This document shows, one piece after another, positions 1 to 9,932 of a stretch of 64,000 nt of DNA. The DNA comes from an uncultured delta proteobacterium (GTDB taxonomy: Bacteria > Desulfobacterota > Desulfobacteria > Desulfobacterales > QNYZ01), in assembly GCA_963845145.1 (NCBI GenBank), contig CAWJQU010000005.1:1312001-1376000 (forward strand), given 5' to 3'. A program made the translations under genes and the position numbers. The stretch's first letter is position 1; each line of letters opens with the position of its first letter. The notes under the pieces were generated by a model, which was not told the DNA's origin, did not search any database, and saw only the letters and a list, made by a program, of their open reading frames with translations.

Positions 1-1
1 C

Positions 2-97
2 AGAGGTTACTGTGTTGATACAGTTGGCCTTGATGCCGATAGAATACGGAAATATGTTAAGTACCAAGAAGCACAAGAGAAAAAGATAGAAAAATAA
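2..97 (+). mobile_element. tnpA: IS200/IS605-family transposase TnpA, 3' end (truncated by window edge)
   Basis: Frame 2 reads RGYCVDTVGLDADRIRKYVKYQEAQEKKIEK*, the typical Y1 transposase C-terminus (GYxVxTVG...IRKYVxYQ). Not in the ORF track. Confidence 0.85.
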
Positions 98-127
98 CCA
101 TCGCCAAAATTGGGGACAATTAATCTC

Positions 128-201
128 GCCTCCTCAGGGGGCAAGAGACAGGCTTACCCCCTTATAGGGGTAAACTTAATACCACCCCCTCTGTTGGGTG
201 G
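128..201 (+). mobile_element. IS200-type right-end hairpins
   Basis: GCCTCC-TCA-GGGGGC, TTACCCC-N6-GGGGTAA and CCACCC-N8-GGGTGG directly after the tnpA stop. Confidence 0.65.
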
Positions 202-242
202 ATTTTTATTTGTGATGTTAAATCAATTAGATAAAGTCCTTC

Positions 243-635
243 ATGCGCTTGACCACAAAAGCCTTGCGGCTTTTACGGCATGTGATGAGCCCGTTAGCCT
301 CCAAAGCGAATACCCAATCAGATATTGAGGCGAACCTGCTGGGAAAAGTGGCGACGGCCAAAGCAATAATGTTGCATATGAATGACAAGCCGTGTGGATT
401 TGCGGTCTATTACGACACAATTTCTACCACAACAGGTAAGCGAGGCCTACATCTCGATGACCTATATGTTGAACCAGCTTATCAGGGAAAGGGCCTTGGT
501 AGAAAAGCGCTCGTTTATCTGGCAAAAGTAGCAAAAGAAAAAAAATGCGCTCGTTTGAGTGGTGAGCATTCAAAACAAATGAGCCAATCCCAAAACGTCC
601 CAGTTTGCCCAATCTCTGCGTCAGGCTCAAATTGA
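243..635 (+). pseudogene. GNAT N-acetyltransferase (spermidine acetyltransferase-like), disrupted
   Basis: LHLDDLYVEPAYQGKGLGRK acetyl-CoA motif. The N-terminus appears to lie in another frame and the C-terminus is broken near 555-570. Confidence 0.65.
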
Positions 636-716
636 AGATTTGATAAAAGATAACCAAAGCACGCGACAAACAAGTGATGAAACGCAATCTCTATAAACCA
701 TAGAAAGGATGATATC

Positions 717-1814
717 ATGATGGGAAAAGGTGAGAGCCAGTCGATCAATTTCCTCCGAGGTGTTCCTTCCGAAGAAGCCCTGGCACACCTCATTCCCATG
801 GCATCGGAAGGATACGAAAAGGTGATTCGGTTTTATGGAACGGATGTGCTTCAATATGGCCATTTTTCCGGATTTAAACCCCTGCGTGAATTGATCGGGA
901 AGATGCACGACGTCAGCCCGGACCGGGTTATTGTCGGAAATGGCGGCTTGGAGGTCATTTCCCTGTTTTTTAAATCTCTGCCTTTGCATAGCAACATCAT
1001 TGTTGAGGAAGCGACTTACGATAGGGTCCTGTTTGATGCCAAGCGCTATGGACACAATTTGGTGGGCGTGAAATTAACACCGAATGGGATTGATTTGACC
1101 CAATTGGAAGATGTGGTGAAAAAGATGGAATGTGCTGTTTTTTACGGCATTCCTTTTCATCAGAACCCCACGGGTATCAATTATACAGCCGATAACCGCC
1201 AGGCTGTTGAACAACTATGCAAGGAAAATAAAATTTTGTGTGTATGGGATGTTTGTTATCAGGATCTTCGATATGATGGAAAATCGAATGAACCTATCGC
1301 TGTTTCTGAATGGGGGCCCATATTAACCAGTTCTTTTACAAAAACGATTTCACCGGGAACCAAATGCGGTTACATGATTGTCCCCGATCATTATGTGGCG
1401 CATCTGACAAATATTATCGCTAATACGCGCATTAATCCCAATCTTCCCACCCAAGCGTTTGTGGCTGATTTTATAGAATCCGGAAAGTATGGCGATTTTC
1501 TTAAATTTTTGTGCCAACTATATAAACCGAAAATGGATATGTTGAACAAAGCCATGATGACCCACTTTCCCGGCATATTGCCTGCTGAAATCAGCGGTGG
1601 TTTTTTTGCGCCCCTTACACTGGGAAATATTTCAGGTGATAAAGAATCGGCCTTTATTGACTCGGCCAAAAAAGTGGGCGTTGGCATCGCTCCGGCATGG
1701 GGTGCTGTCGCCCCCAACGTCAGAGAAGAAATGCGCAAAAAAGGGCTCTTTATCAGACTGACTTTTCCCGCTTTTAAGGCAAGTGACATCGAATGGGGCA
1801 TTTCCAAAACTTAA
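717..1814 (+). CDS. PLP-dependent class I aminotransferase (MocR/ARO8-like)
   Basis: LQYG, HQNPTG, DxxY and SFTK motifs. A probable extra A near 1808 would otherwise extend it to about 1839. Confidence 0.85.
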   Translation: MMGKGESQSINFLRGVPSEEALAHLIPMASEGYEKVIRFYGTDVLQYGHFSGFKPLRELIGKMHDVSPDRVIVGNGGLEVISLFFKSLPLHSNIIVEEATYDRVLFDAKRYGHNLVGVKLTPNGIDLTQLEDVVKKMECAVFYGIPFHQNPTGINYTADNRQAVEQLCKENKILCVWDVCYQDLRYDGKSNEPIAVSEWGPILTSSFTKTISPGTKCGYMIVPDHYVAHLTNIIANTRINPNLPTQAFVADFIESGKYGDFLKFLCQLYKPKMDMLNKAMMTHFPGILPAEISGGFFAPLTLGNISGDKESAFIDSAKKVGVGIAPAWGAVAPNVREEMRKKGLFIRLTFPAFKASDIEWGISKT

Positions 1815-1891
1815 GGAAACGGTTGAGATGGTTGGTTGATGTAAGGTTTGAATGTATCCTTCGGTAAATATGAATTAAGCGTCTGGCTATA

Positions 1892-1942
1892 ATGAACCAA
1901 ACTTCAGAATAGTCTTGACTTTTATGAAGTTTGGCTCATAAT
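1892..1942 (+). promoter_or_regulatory. sigma70-like promoter inside a 15-bp inverted repeat (putative operator)
   Basis: TTGACT(1915)-16 nt-CATAAT(1937); IR ATGAACCAAACTTCA / TGAAGTTTGGCTCAT. Confidence 0.6.
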
Positions 1943-1948
1943 GGTCAT

Positions 1949-3085
1949 ATGGAACGATATTTAGAAGAACATATCCGTAAAGATCTCGGAGATAAGATCA
2001 TCCTCCTTTCCGGTCCACGGCAGGTTGGCAAAACCACACTGTCGGTGCAACTGGCGCCGTCACACGTTTATTTGAATTATGATGCGACTTCCGATCGGCA
2101 AGTCATCCATGCCGAAGAATGGCACAGGGAAACCAATCTGGTCATTTTTGACGAACTCCACAAAATGAAAAACTGGAAGTCTTGGATTAAAGGGATTTAC
2201 GATACCGAGGGTATCTCCCCTCCGATACTGGTTACCGGGTCGGCTCGATTGGATACCTATAAGAAAGGGGGGGAATCTCTGGCCGGCCGTTTTTTTTCTT
2301 ATCGTCTCCACCCGTTGACGGTTAAGGAGATCTGTCAGAATTCAGAGGAAAGTGCCGATAAAGCCTTGGATAATCTGATTAAACTAGGCGGTTTTCCTGA
2401 GCCGTATCTCAAAAAGAGTGAAGCCTTTGCCAAGCGTTTTCGACGCATCCACACCGACACGATTGTCAGGGAAGATCTTTTAGACTTAGAGCGTGTGCGG
2501 GATATCAAATCCATTGAGATCTTGATCGATCTGATAAAAACCCGCGTCGGGTCAACGACCTCCTATGCATCGCTGGCCAATGATCTTCAGGTGTCCATTC
2601 ATACCGTCAAGCACTGGCTGCAGATCCTGGAAAACCTATACATTATTTTTGCGGTGCGCCCCTATCATAAAAATATTGCCCGCAGCTTATTAAAAGAACC
2701 AAAATACTATTTGTACGATACCGGCGCCGTGGAAGGGGGGCTTGGGGCTAAACTCGAAAACACGGTGGCCTGTGCACTGTTACGGGAGTTACACTTTCTT
2801 GAAGATACCACCGGCAGCCGGGTGGCCCTTCATTACCTCCGAGACAAAGAAAAACATGAAGTCGACTTTTTGGTGGTTGTGGACAACCAACCCAAATTGA
2901 TGATCGAAGTCAAGGTAAAAGACGACCGCTTTTCTCCGTCACTTTTCCGGTTTCACCGGTATTTAAAAGATGTGAGCCTTTACCAGGTGGTTTACAAATT
3001 GAAACATAAAAAGACAAAAGATGCCGCCACTATGGTTCCGGCGAGTGAATTTTTAAGGGACTTGGAGATTAGAAACGGTGGATAA
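1949..3085 (+). CDS. AAA+ ATPase with DUF4143 domain
   Basis: GPRQVGKTT, FDELHK, TGS, PKYYLYDTG, EVDF...IEVK motifs. Confidence 0.9.
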   Translation: MERYLEEHIRKDLGDKIILLSGPRQVGKTTLSVQLAPSHVYLNYDATSDRQVIHAEEWHRETNLVIFDELHKMKNWKSWIKGIYDTEGISPPILVTGSARLDTYKKGGESLAGRFFSYRLHPLTVKEICQNSEESADKALDNLIKLGGFPEPYLKKSEAFAKRFRRIHTDTIVREDLLDLERVRDIKSIEILIDLIKTRVGSTTSYASLANDLQVSIHTVKHWLQILENLYIIFAVRPYHKNIARSLLKEPKYYLYDTGAVEGGLGAKLENTVACALLRELHFLEDTTGSRVALHYLRDKEKHEVDFLVVVDNQPKLMIEVKVKDDRFSPSLFRFHRYLKDVSLYQVVYKLKHKKTKDAATMVPASEFLRDLEIRNGG

Positions 3086-3149
3086 CATTAAATATGTAAG
3101 GCTATCCCGTTCCGAATAATCACATTGATGCTTTGAGGTATGGGTAGGT

Positions 3150-3851
3150 ATGGAATCTAAAACGTCTTGGTTTGGTATAAAATGTCTATTTGTGCATTAC
3201 AATCTCGCAAGAGAAGAGAATAAAACCATATTTGAAGAGCGTATCATTGTTGTCCAGGCCAAAAATTCAGATTGGGCAATAAAGAAGGCCGAAAAAGATG
3301 CACATGATTACGCTGGGGATGAGAATGATTGCGAATATATAAATTTTATTGATTGCTTCAATATTGAGGGCGATGAAATTTCTGATCGGACTGAAGTTTA
3401 CTCAATAATGCACAAAAGTGATCTTGATCCTTCTACTTTTATCAGTAGATATTATGACAATGGCGAACAATGTTCAACAGAACACTCGGAATATGACCAT
3501 GGTATTGACGCTTGGGTGACGGCATTCGGGCCCTTTTCACCCGAGATAGCAAATTTTCTTGAACAAGATGAAAATTATTACAGAAACACCCAAGAGGGGA
3601 AAAATGTAATTGTAGATTCAATATTCTATAGCAATGGTAAAAAGAAAAGCCTAAAGTTGGCTGAATGCTTTGGTATTGATTTTCTAGATTTTAATCAACA
3701 TGAACTTAACACCGAATTAGTCAACATTTTCATGCTTAGAAAAGAATTTGGGGAAGATGATACAAAAAAATATATCAAATTGCGTGACGCTGGCTTTACT
3801 TTTTTTTTCAACCCTTACATTGAAAAACCAAAGATTCTTGAAAAACAATAA
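3150..3851 (+). CDS. DUF4288-like domain protein with C-terminal extension
   Basis: WF...FEERIIVVQA...A...EVYS pattern; AT-rich ORF. Confidence 0.6.
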   Translation: MESKTSWFGIKCLFVHYNLAREENKTIFEERIIVVQAKNSDWAIKKAEKDAHDYAGDENDCEYINFIDCFNIEGDEISDRTEVYSIMHKSDLDPSTFISRYYDNGEQCSTEHSEYDHGIDAWVTAFGPFSPEIANFLEQDENYYRNTQEGKNVIVDSIFYSNGKKKSLKLAECFGIDFLDFNQHELNTELVNIFMLRKEFGEDDTKKYIKLRDAGFTFFFNPYIEKPKILEKQ

Positions 3852-4023
3852 GCAGGGCTAACCCAGGTTCTCAAGTGAGTTGGCGAAAGCAGTGCATTTT
3901 CCTTGGTGTCATTTGACATAAATTTCGGGCTGTGAATCGGCTTCGAATCACTTTTTACGTCCCTGTTTAGTGCTTTGTTAGTCCGCAGTTTGCGGTGACT
4001 CTCTCCAAGACGGTGTAGAATTA

Positions 4024-4642
4024 ATGAAAACTATCATTCTCCCAGGCATGGGGGCGGACGCCACCATGTACCCGAGAAGCGCTTACGAAAATTTATCGGG
4101 GGTTACTTTTGCCGATTGGCCACCATATAATGGAGAAAGCAGCCTTGAAGATGTCGCCGAGAGCGTCATAGAATACTACCAGATTACAGAGAATACGGTG
4201 GTGGGCGGGTCTTCATTGGGCGGGATGATAGCTGTTCAAATTGCGAAAGTTCTAAATATCAAAAAAGTCATTTTAATCGGTAGCGCCACTGATCCAAAGT
4301 ACATGAATCCTGTCTTCAAATTATTAAGGAATAAAACTGAAAAGGCACCCATCGAATTTTTCCAGCTTTGTTGTCGGCAAAATGAACATTGGTGATAATA
4401 ACCTTCTTGCTATGTTCGAAAGGGCCGATAGCCGTTTTATGAAGGCGATGTGCAAAGCCATCTTCAAGTGGGAAGGGATTGGAAACTACCATTGCAATAT
4501 CTGTCATATCCACGGTGCGGCGGACAAGGTCATCTTTCCACCTAAAGAGGATGTGGAAATTATAAAAGGGGCCGGCCATTTAGTTGCCATGACCCACGGT
4601 GAACGAGTGTCAAAATTTATCAGGGATCATGCACAATTCTAA
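4024..4642 (+). CDS. alpha/beta hydrolase (frameshift near 4370)
   Basis: PGMGAD and GSSLGG in ORF 4024-4395; HIHGAADKV and GAGH in ORF 4382-4642. Confidence 0.8.
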
Positions 4643-4669
4643 AGCGTTGAATCAACGAAAGGAAATGAC

Positions 4670-5209
4670 ATGTTTACAAAAGAAAATACCACACTGCTGA
4701 TTGTTGATGTACAGGGCAATTTAGCCCAACAGATGCATGACAAGGAGGCTCTATTTACGAGCATGCGGAAACTGATCAAGGGCATTCAGGTTTTAGGAAT
4801 CCCAACGCTTTGGGTCGAACAGAATCCGCAAGGGCTGGGGCCGACCATCCCCGAAATCGCCGATATCCTGTCCGATTCTCAACCGATCAGTAAGATGAGC
4901 TTTAGTTGTTGCGGTAGTGACGGGTTCATTCGGGCCCTGAAAGCCTTGGATCGAAAGCAGGTTTTGATTACCGGCATTGAGGCTCACATCTGCGTCTATC
5001 AAACCGCCATGGATCTGGTGAACCTGGGGTATGATGTTCAAGTTGTGGCTGACGCCGTCTCTTCAAGAACGGTGGAAAATAAAAAAATCGCTCTAAAGAA
5101 AATGAGGGATGCGGGCGTCGGTTTGACAAGTGTTGAAATCACAATGTTTGAATTGCTTAAAGTGGCAGAGGGAGAACTGTTTAAGGAGATTCTCAAGATT
5201 GTGAAGTAG
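4670..5209 (+). CDS. isochorismatase-family hydrolase
   Basis: LLIVDVQ, EQNPQGLGPT, KMSFSC, GIEAHICV. Confidence 0.92.
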   Translation: MFTKENTTLLIVDVQGNLAQQMHDKEALFTSMRKLIKGIQVLGIPTLWVEQNPQGLGPTIPEIADILSDSQPISKMSFSCCGSDGFIRALKALDRKQVLITGIEAHICVYQTAMDLVNLGYDVQVVADAVSSRTVENKKIALKKMRDAGVGLTSVEITMFELLKVAEGELFKEILKIVK

Positions 5210-5336
5210 CTGACTTGATCAACCAAGTGCCGGGACGCTTGTTTTCGTTGGCCGTGTAAGAGCAACCTTAAATGTTATCTAAATGATGTTGATATCTTAT
5301 AACCGTTGTTGTATGAATCAGTAATCATGTCCTAAA

Positions 5337-5374
5337 CTTTCACCCTTTCACCTTTCACCCTTTACCCTTTTACC
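5337..5374 (+). repeat. short tandem repeat, about 5 x (C)CTTTCAC
   Basis: ctttcaccctttcacctttcaccctttacccttttacc. Confidence 0.7.
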
Positions 5375-5477
5375 ACTCCCATTGATCTGCGCAAACCCCT
5401 GAATCCTGCTTCTACCAAACCTTAATAACCCCCGAACAATTCAAATAAAATATTGCTTTTTAACGTTGATTCCATCT

Positions 5478-5502
5478 GTAGGGGCACCCCTTGTGGGTGC
5501 CC
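5478..5502 (+). repeat. REP-like palindrome (GTAG foot + hairpin)
   Basis: GTAG-GGGCACCC-CTTGT-GGGTGCCC. Confidence 0.65.
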
Positions 5503-5645
5503 ATGCCCCTTGTGTTGTGGATATCTGGGCGGACAAACCACCGGGCGACTATGCGGTCATTTAAAAAATAAATGCGATTGCCCTGGGTAGATTGCATGAT
5601 TGTGTTGAAACCCATAACGAACATACACCAAAATCGGAGGATAAA

Positions 5646-6653
5646 ATGAAACCTGATGAATTACCCCCACCTGTACAGCTGATGAATTATATTGTCGGAA
5701 AATGGATAAGCAAACCCATTTACGTAGCGGCAGAATTGGGTATCGCAGATTTGCTGGCCGAAGGTTCCAAAAGTATTGAAGAGCTCGCCCAAGCAAGCCA
5801 GTCGCATGCACCCTTTCTTTACAGGATGATGAGGGCCCTGGCGAGTGTCGGTATTTTTTTCGAAACAAAGAATCAGCGATTTGAACTAACGCCCATGGCC
5901 GAATATTTGAAAGAGGGGGCGATGAAATCCTTCGCATTACTGTTTAATTCAGACTGGAGTGATAAAGCTTGGGGATATTTTCTGGACAGTGTGAAGACCG
6001 GAAGTACCGCCTTTGAAATGGCGCATGGCATGCCGGTTTCCGACTGGCTTGAAAAAAACTCGGGTGCAGCCGATGTGTTTAATGAAGCCAATGCCATAAA
6101 AGCCGCCGGCTCTCACCGTGTCATTGTGGATGCTTATGATTTTTCCGGCATCCAGACTCTGACGGATGTTGGTGGTGGGCTGGGGGTATTGATGGCAGAG
6201 ATCTTAATGGCCAATCCATTAATGCAAGGGGTGGTTGCGGATACGCCCGCTGTAATCCAGAAGGCCAAGAAAATAATTCAGTCTCGAAGCCTTACCGACC
6301 GCTGTGAAGCGGTAGCGTGTGATTTTTTTAAAGAGATCCCGGCCGGCAGTGATGGCTATCTGATGTCCAATATCCTCCATGATTGGTCGGATGAGCAATG
6401 TCATTTAATCTTGAGAAATTGCCACAAAGCGATGACTCTGGAATCTAAGCTTATCATTGTTGAGATGGTTGTCCCTCCCGGGAATCAGCCATCAATCGCT
6501 AAGCTTTTGGACCTTGAAATGATGGTTACTACGGGTGGCCGCGAACGGACTAAAACTGAATTCAAATCATTACTCGAATCATGCGGGTTCAAATTTGCCC
6601 GGATTATCTCCACAAAGGAGAATATTTGCGTCATCGAAGGGATTCGATTATAG
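5646..6653 (+). CDS. SAM-dependent O-methyltransferase (Methyltransf_2 + dimerisation domain)
   Basis: DVGGGLG, CDFF, NILHDW, GGRERT; GGAGG before ATG 5646. Confidence 0.9.
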   Translation: MKPDELPPPVQLMNYIVGKWISKPIYVAAELGIADLLAEGSKSIEELAQASQSHAPFLYRMMRALASVGIFFETKNQRFELTPMAEYLKEGAMKSFALLFNSDWSDKAWGYFLDSVKTGSTAFEMAHGMPVSDWLEKNSGAADVFNEANAIKAAGSHRVIVDAYDFSGIQTLTDVGGGLGVLMAEILMANPLMQGVVADTPAVIQKAKKIIQSRSLTDRCEAVACDFFKEIPAGSDGYLMSNILHDWSDEQCHLILRNCHKAMTLESKLIIVEMVVPPGNQPSIAKLLDLEMMVTTGGRERTKTEFKSLLESCGFKFARIISTKENICVIEGIRL

Positions 6654-6709
6654 TCTAAAAGTTAAATGACCCGTTGGGATTATGATATATTTCAAAGGAG
6701 AAACCCATC

Positions 6710-7219
6710 ATGCCGACCGTATTCAATACAGCCAACGTAAAGTTCAAATCCAAAGATGCCCCCATCCCAGAGTTTTCCTGGAAAACAAGTCCGCGATTGG
6801 CTAAAATAGTCGGCGCGAACCATTTTGAATTCGATATCCGTTCTCTGGAGCCGGGCCAATTTTCTTTTCCATACCATTTTCATCGAAACGCTGAGGAGTT
6901 GTTTGTGATCCAGTCCGGCAAAGCGATGCTGCGGTCACCGGATGGTTTTAATGAGGTGAATCAAAATGATGTCATCTTTTTCGAAAAAGGGCCTTCCGGT
7001 GCCCATCAGATGTATAACCACGGTGATGTTCCGTGTATCTATATGGATCTGAGGACAACTGTGGGGATTGATATTTGTGAATATCCGGATTCAAATAAAA
7101 TCAACATTCTTCCCTATTTGGAAGTGTATGAATCCGAATCGAAAGTGAGTTACTACCAAGGCGAAGAAAACGTGCGGGCCAAGTGGCCGGAGGAAATGGT
7201 TAAAGAAAAACAAACATGA
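6710..7219 (+). CDS. cupin-domain protein
   Basis: PYHFH...EELF...AHQ...YPDS. Confidence 0.88.
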   Translation: MPTVFNTANVKFKSKDAPIPEFSWKTSPRLAKIVGANHFEFDIRSLEPGQFSFPYHFHRNAEELFVIQSGKAMLRSPDGFNEVNQNDVIFFEKGPSGAHQMYNHGDVPCIYMDLRTTVGIDICEYPDSNKINILPYLEVYESESKVSYYQGEENVRAKWPEEMVKEKQT

Positions 7220-7241
7220 ATAAAGGTTCCCGAGAACAGCC

Positions 7242-8099
7242 TTGAATCACATCGATACAATAAATCAGATTCTTGAGTATATTGAAGCACATATTGATAC
7301 AAACCTCGATCTGTCTTTGCTTGCAGGCAAAAGTGCCCTATCCAAATATCATTTCCATCGAATATTTAAGGCGCTTTTGGGAGAACAACCCCTGAAATAT
7401 GTCAAGAGGCGGCGACTCATGCACGCTGCTCATGATTTGTTGAACACAGACAGGCGTATTATTGACATTGCCTTTGATTTTGGATTTGGTTCGCACGAAG
7501 CTTTCATTAGGACTTTTAAAAAAAGGTTTTCATTAACGCCATCCCAATTTCGTAAGATTAAACCAGCGTTCTTTTTTGAAGGCATATGCAAAATGGGCCC
7601 TTTGGACTTAAGACTTTCAAATGGAAAAGCGATCCCGAATCCTACTGTCATTAGCAGATCGGCATTTTCAATAACCGGTCTGAAATATTCAGGAGATGAT
7701 ACTGGTGCTATTGGTCAATTATGGAAAGCGTTTTGGGAAATGAATGGATCAAAAAATATCAATATGGAAAATCATCAATATTTAGGCGCCTGTTTTCACG
7801 ATATTGACATGAGAAATAATGAGGTTTTTGACTACTATGCAGGTTTTGAAATCGGAGGGTCGATTAATATTCCAAAACGATTCGAAACGATTAATATTCC
7901 TAAGAGCGATTTCGCCGTGTTTAAACACCGAGGGTGCATTGATAATATTGAAATGACCTATGATCATATCTATGGTAATTGGCTTCCTCGTTCAGAATAT
8001 ACGCCAACAATGGATTTGGATATCATTGTTGTGGATAGTCGATTTTCAGGGCGGGAGGAGAAAAGTGAGGTGGATATTTTAATTCCGGTTTCCCGCTAA
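7242..8099 (+). CDS. AraC-family regulator with GyrI-like effector domain
   Basis: SKYHFHRIF, FGSHEAFIRTFKK, YDHIYGNWLP. Confidence 0.9.
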   Translation: MNHIDTINQILEYIEAHIDTNLDLSLLAGKSALSKYHFHRIFKALLGEQPLKYVKRRRLMHAAHDLLNTDRRIIDIAFDFGFGSHEAFIRTFKKRFSLTPSQFRKIKPAFFFEGICKMGPLDLRLSNGKAIPNPTVISRSAFSITGLKYSGDDTGAIGQLWKAFWEMNGSKNINMENHQYLGACFHDIDMRNNEVFDYYAGFEIGGSINIPKRFETINIPKSDFAVFKHRGCIDNIEMTYDHIYGNWLPRSEYTPTMDLDIIVVDSRFSGREEKSEVDILIPVSR

Positions 8100-8184
8100 A
8101 AAAAGCAAAAAGTGTCAAGAAATAACATTCCAATATTTGTAAGCTCTGTCTGTTTTATTAACCCGTAGCAGATAGGAGCTAAAA

Positions 8185-9027
8185 ATGAAGACGTTAAAAG
8201 GAAAAATCGCACTTGTAACTGGGGCCAGTAGAGGAATCGGAAAAGGTATCGCTCTTGGTTTGGGAGAAAATGGCGCAACCGTTTATGTAACAGGTAGGAC
8301 GAAGGAGGGAACGACTGGTGTACAAGGTCTTGAAGGGTCAATTCAAGAAACAGCCAATGAAATAAATGAGGGGAACGGTATTGGGGTTGCTCTTCACTGC
8401 GACCACACAGACGATAATAGAGTTAAAGAGGTATTCGATGATATTCTAGAAAAAGAACAGCGGATTGATATACTGGTAAATAATGTATGGGGGGGATATG
8501 AGTGTATGTTTGATGATCGGGGTGAGTATATATGGGAAAAGTCCTTTTGGGAGCAGCCTATAGAGCAATGGGATTTGATGTTTGCAGCGGGGGTCAGAGC
8601 ACATTATGTTTCGAGCCGCTATGCCGCAAAAATAATGGTCAAACAAAAACATGGACTGATTGTTAATTTATCGCACTGGGCCGCTCGGAAATTTAACGGA
8701 AATGTCTGTTACGGCATTTCAAAAGCCGCGACAGACAAGCTTACTTCGGATACAGCACATGATTTGCTCTCAGATAATATCGCGGTTATTTCACTCTATC
8801 CGGGGCTTGTTAGAACAGAAAGAGTGATGCGAGCAGCAGAATTTTTAGATTTATCAAATTCAGAATCACCACAATATCTAGGACGTGTTATTGCTGCCAT
8901 GTATAAAGACCCTTCATTGTTGAAGAAATCGGGCAATCCGTTTATTGCTGCTCAATTAGGTTTGGCGTATGGAATTTCAGACATTGATGGAAAAATGCCA
9001 AAACCATTATCAATTGAGGATGTATGA
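8185..9027 (+). CDS. SDR-family oxidoreductase
   Basis: TGASRGIG and YGISK motifs. Confidence 0.92.
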   Translation: MKTLKGKIALVTGASRGIGKGIALGLGENGATVYVTGRTKEGTTGVQGLEGSIQETANEINEGNGIGVALHCDHTDDNRVKEVFDDILEKEQRIDILVNNVWGGYECMFDDRGEYIWEKSFWEQPIEQWDLMFAAGVRAHYVSSRYAAKIMVKQKHGLIVNLSHWAARKFNGNVCYGISKAATDKLTSDTAHDLLSDNIAVISLYPGLVRTERVMRAAEFLDLSNSESPQYLGRVIAAMYKDPSLLKKSGNPFIAAQLGLAYGISDIDGKMPKPLSIEDV

Positions 9028-9045
9028 TCTGAAGTACTATCCTCT

Positions 9046-9096
9046 ATTTCAGCGGATCGCAATGAAGACCGCGACTGCTGGTCTCGCGATCCGCCG
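9046..9096. repeat. intergenic imperfect palindrome, possible degenerate attC remnant
   Basis: GCGGATCGC-aat-GAAGACC...GGTCTC-GCGATCCGC; no intact R boxes. Confidence 0.35.
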
Positions 9097-9142
9097 TTTT
9101 AACCCAAGAAAATGGCCGAAATAGAACTGTAATTTATTGAAA

Positions 9143-9670
9143 ATGACTATAATCACAGAATCACCACGCCTTGTTCTATCCAAGATCGATATAAATGATA
9201 CTGATCGTTTATTCCAGCTAACCGGCGACAAGCGGGTTATGAAATATTTTCCTAAAATATTTAGTTATTCCGAGACTGTTGAAATGATCGAGGAAGTATC
9301 AAAACAGTATAAAAAGTATGGGTACTGTTTTTGGAAGGTGGTACGAAAGGAGAAAGAAGCGTTTATCGGTATCGCCGGTTTGCTTCACCAAGAAATTGAC
9401 GGCTACGAGGAAATGGAAATATCCTATCGAATAAAACCAGAGTATTGGAATCGCGGGTATGCCGAAGAGGCTGCTCGAGCGTGTAAAAAATATGCTGAAA
9501 ACGAATTAAACCCAAAGAGGCTGATATCGATCATCCATCCTCAAAATCTAGCGTCAAAACGCGTGGCTGAAAAGTTGGGCGCAAAAAAAACTATGATGTC
9601 GGATTTTTTGGGAAAAGCGCACGAAATTTATGTTTATGAATTTTCTTGCGATTCTTCGTCATTTCCATGA
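9143..9670 (+). CDS. GNAT N-acetyltransferase (RimJ/RimL-like)
   Basis: YWNRGYAEEAA, NLASKRVAEKLG. Confidence 0.88.
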   Translation: MTIITESPRLVLSKIDINDTDRLFQLTGDKRVMKYFPKIFSYSETVEMIEEVSKQYKKYGYCFWKVVRKEKEAFIGIAGLLHQEIDGYEEMEISYRIKPEYWNRGYAEEAARACKKYAENELNPKRLISIIHPQNLASKRVAEKLGAKKTMMSDFLGKAHEIYVYEFSCDSSSFP

Positions 9671-9692
9671 AAACAAAACAGGGGTGGGTCCG

Positions 9693-9929
9693 ATGGCAGC
9701 AGAGATAATAAAACTAAAAGCCTTTGGAAAATATATTGATATCGAGCGGATCAACGGGCAGTGGGTTGCGTTCTTTCATGAGGGCGAGGGGAAGCGGCGT
9801 GAAGCAAGGGACATCGTGATTCCGGCTGATCTTGAACCCCAAAAAATAAAAGTATATATGGATGATCTGTTGCATGAATGGGCGACGGAGAAGAATCCTA
9901 AAGTTGAAATGTTAACGGAGCCATTGTAA
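9693..9929 (+). CDS. small hypothetical protein
   Basis: Compact ORF filling the gap between two GNAT genes. Confidence 0.6.
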   Translation: MAAEIIKLKAFGKYIDIERINGQWVAFFHEGEGKRREARDIVIPADLEPQKIKVYMDDLLHEWATEKNPKVEMLTEPL

Positions 9930-9932
9930 CCG

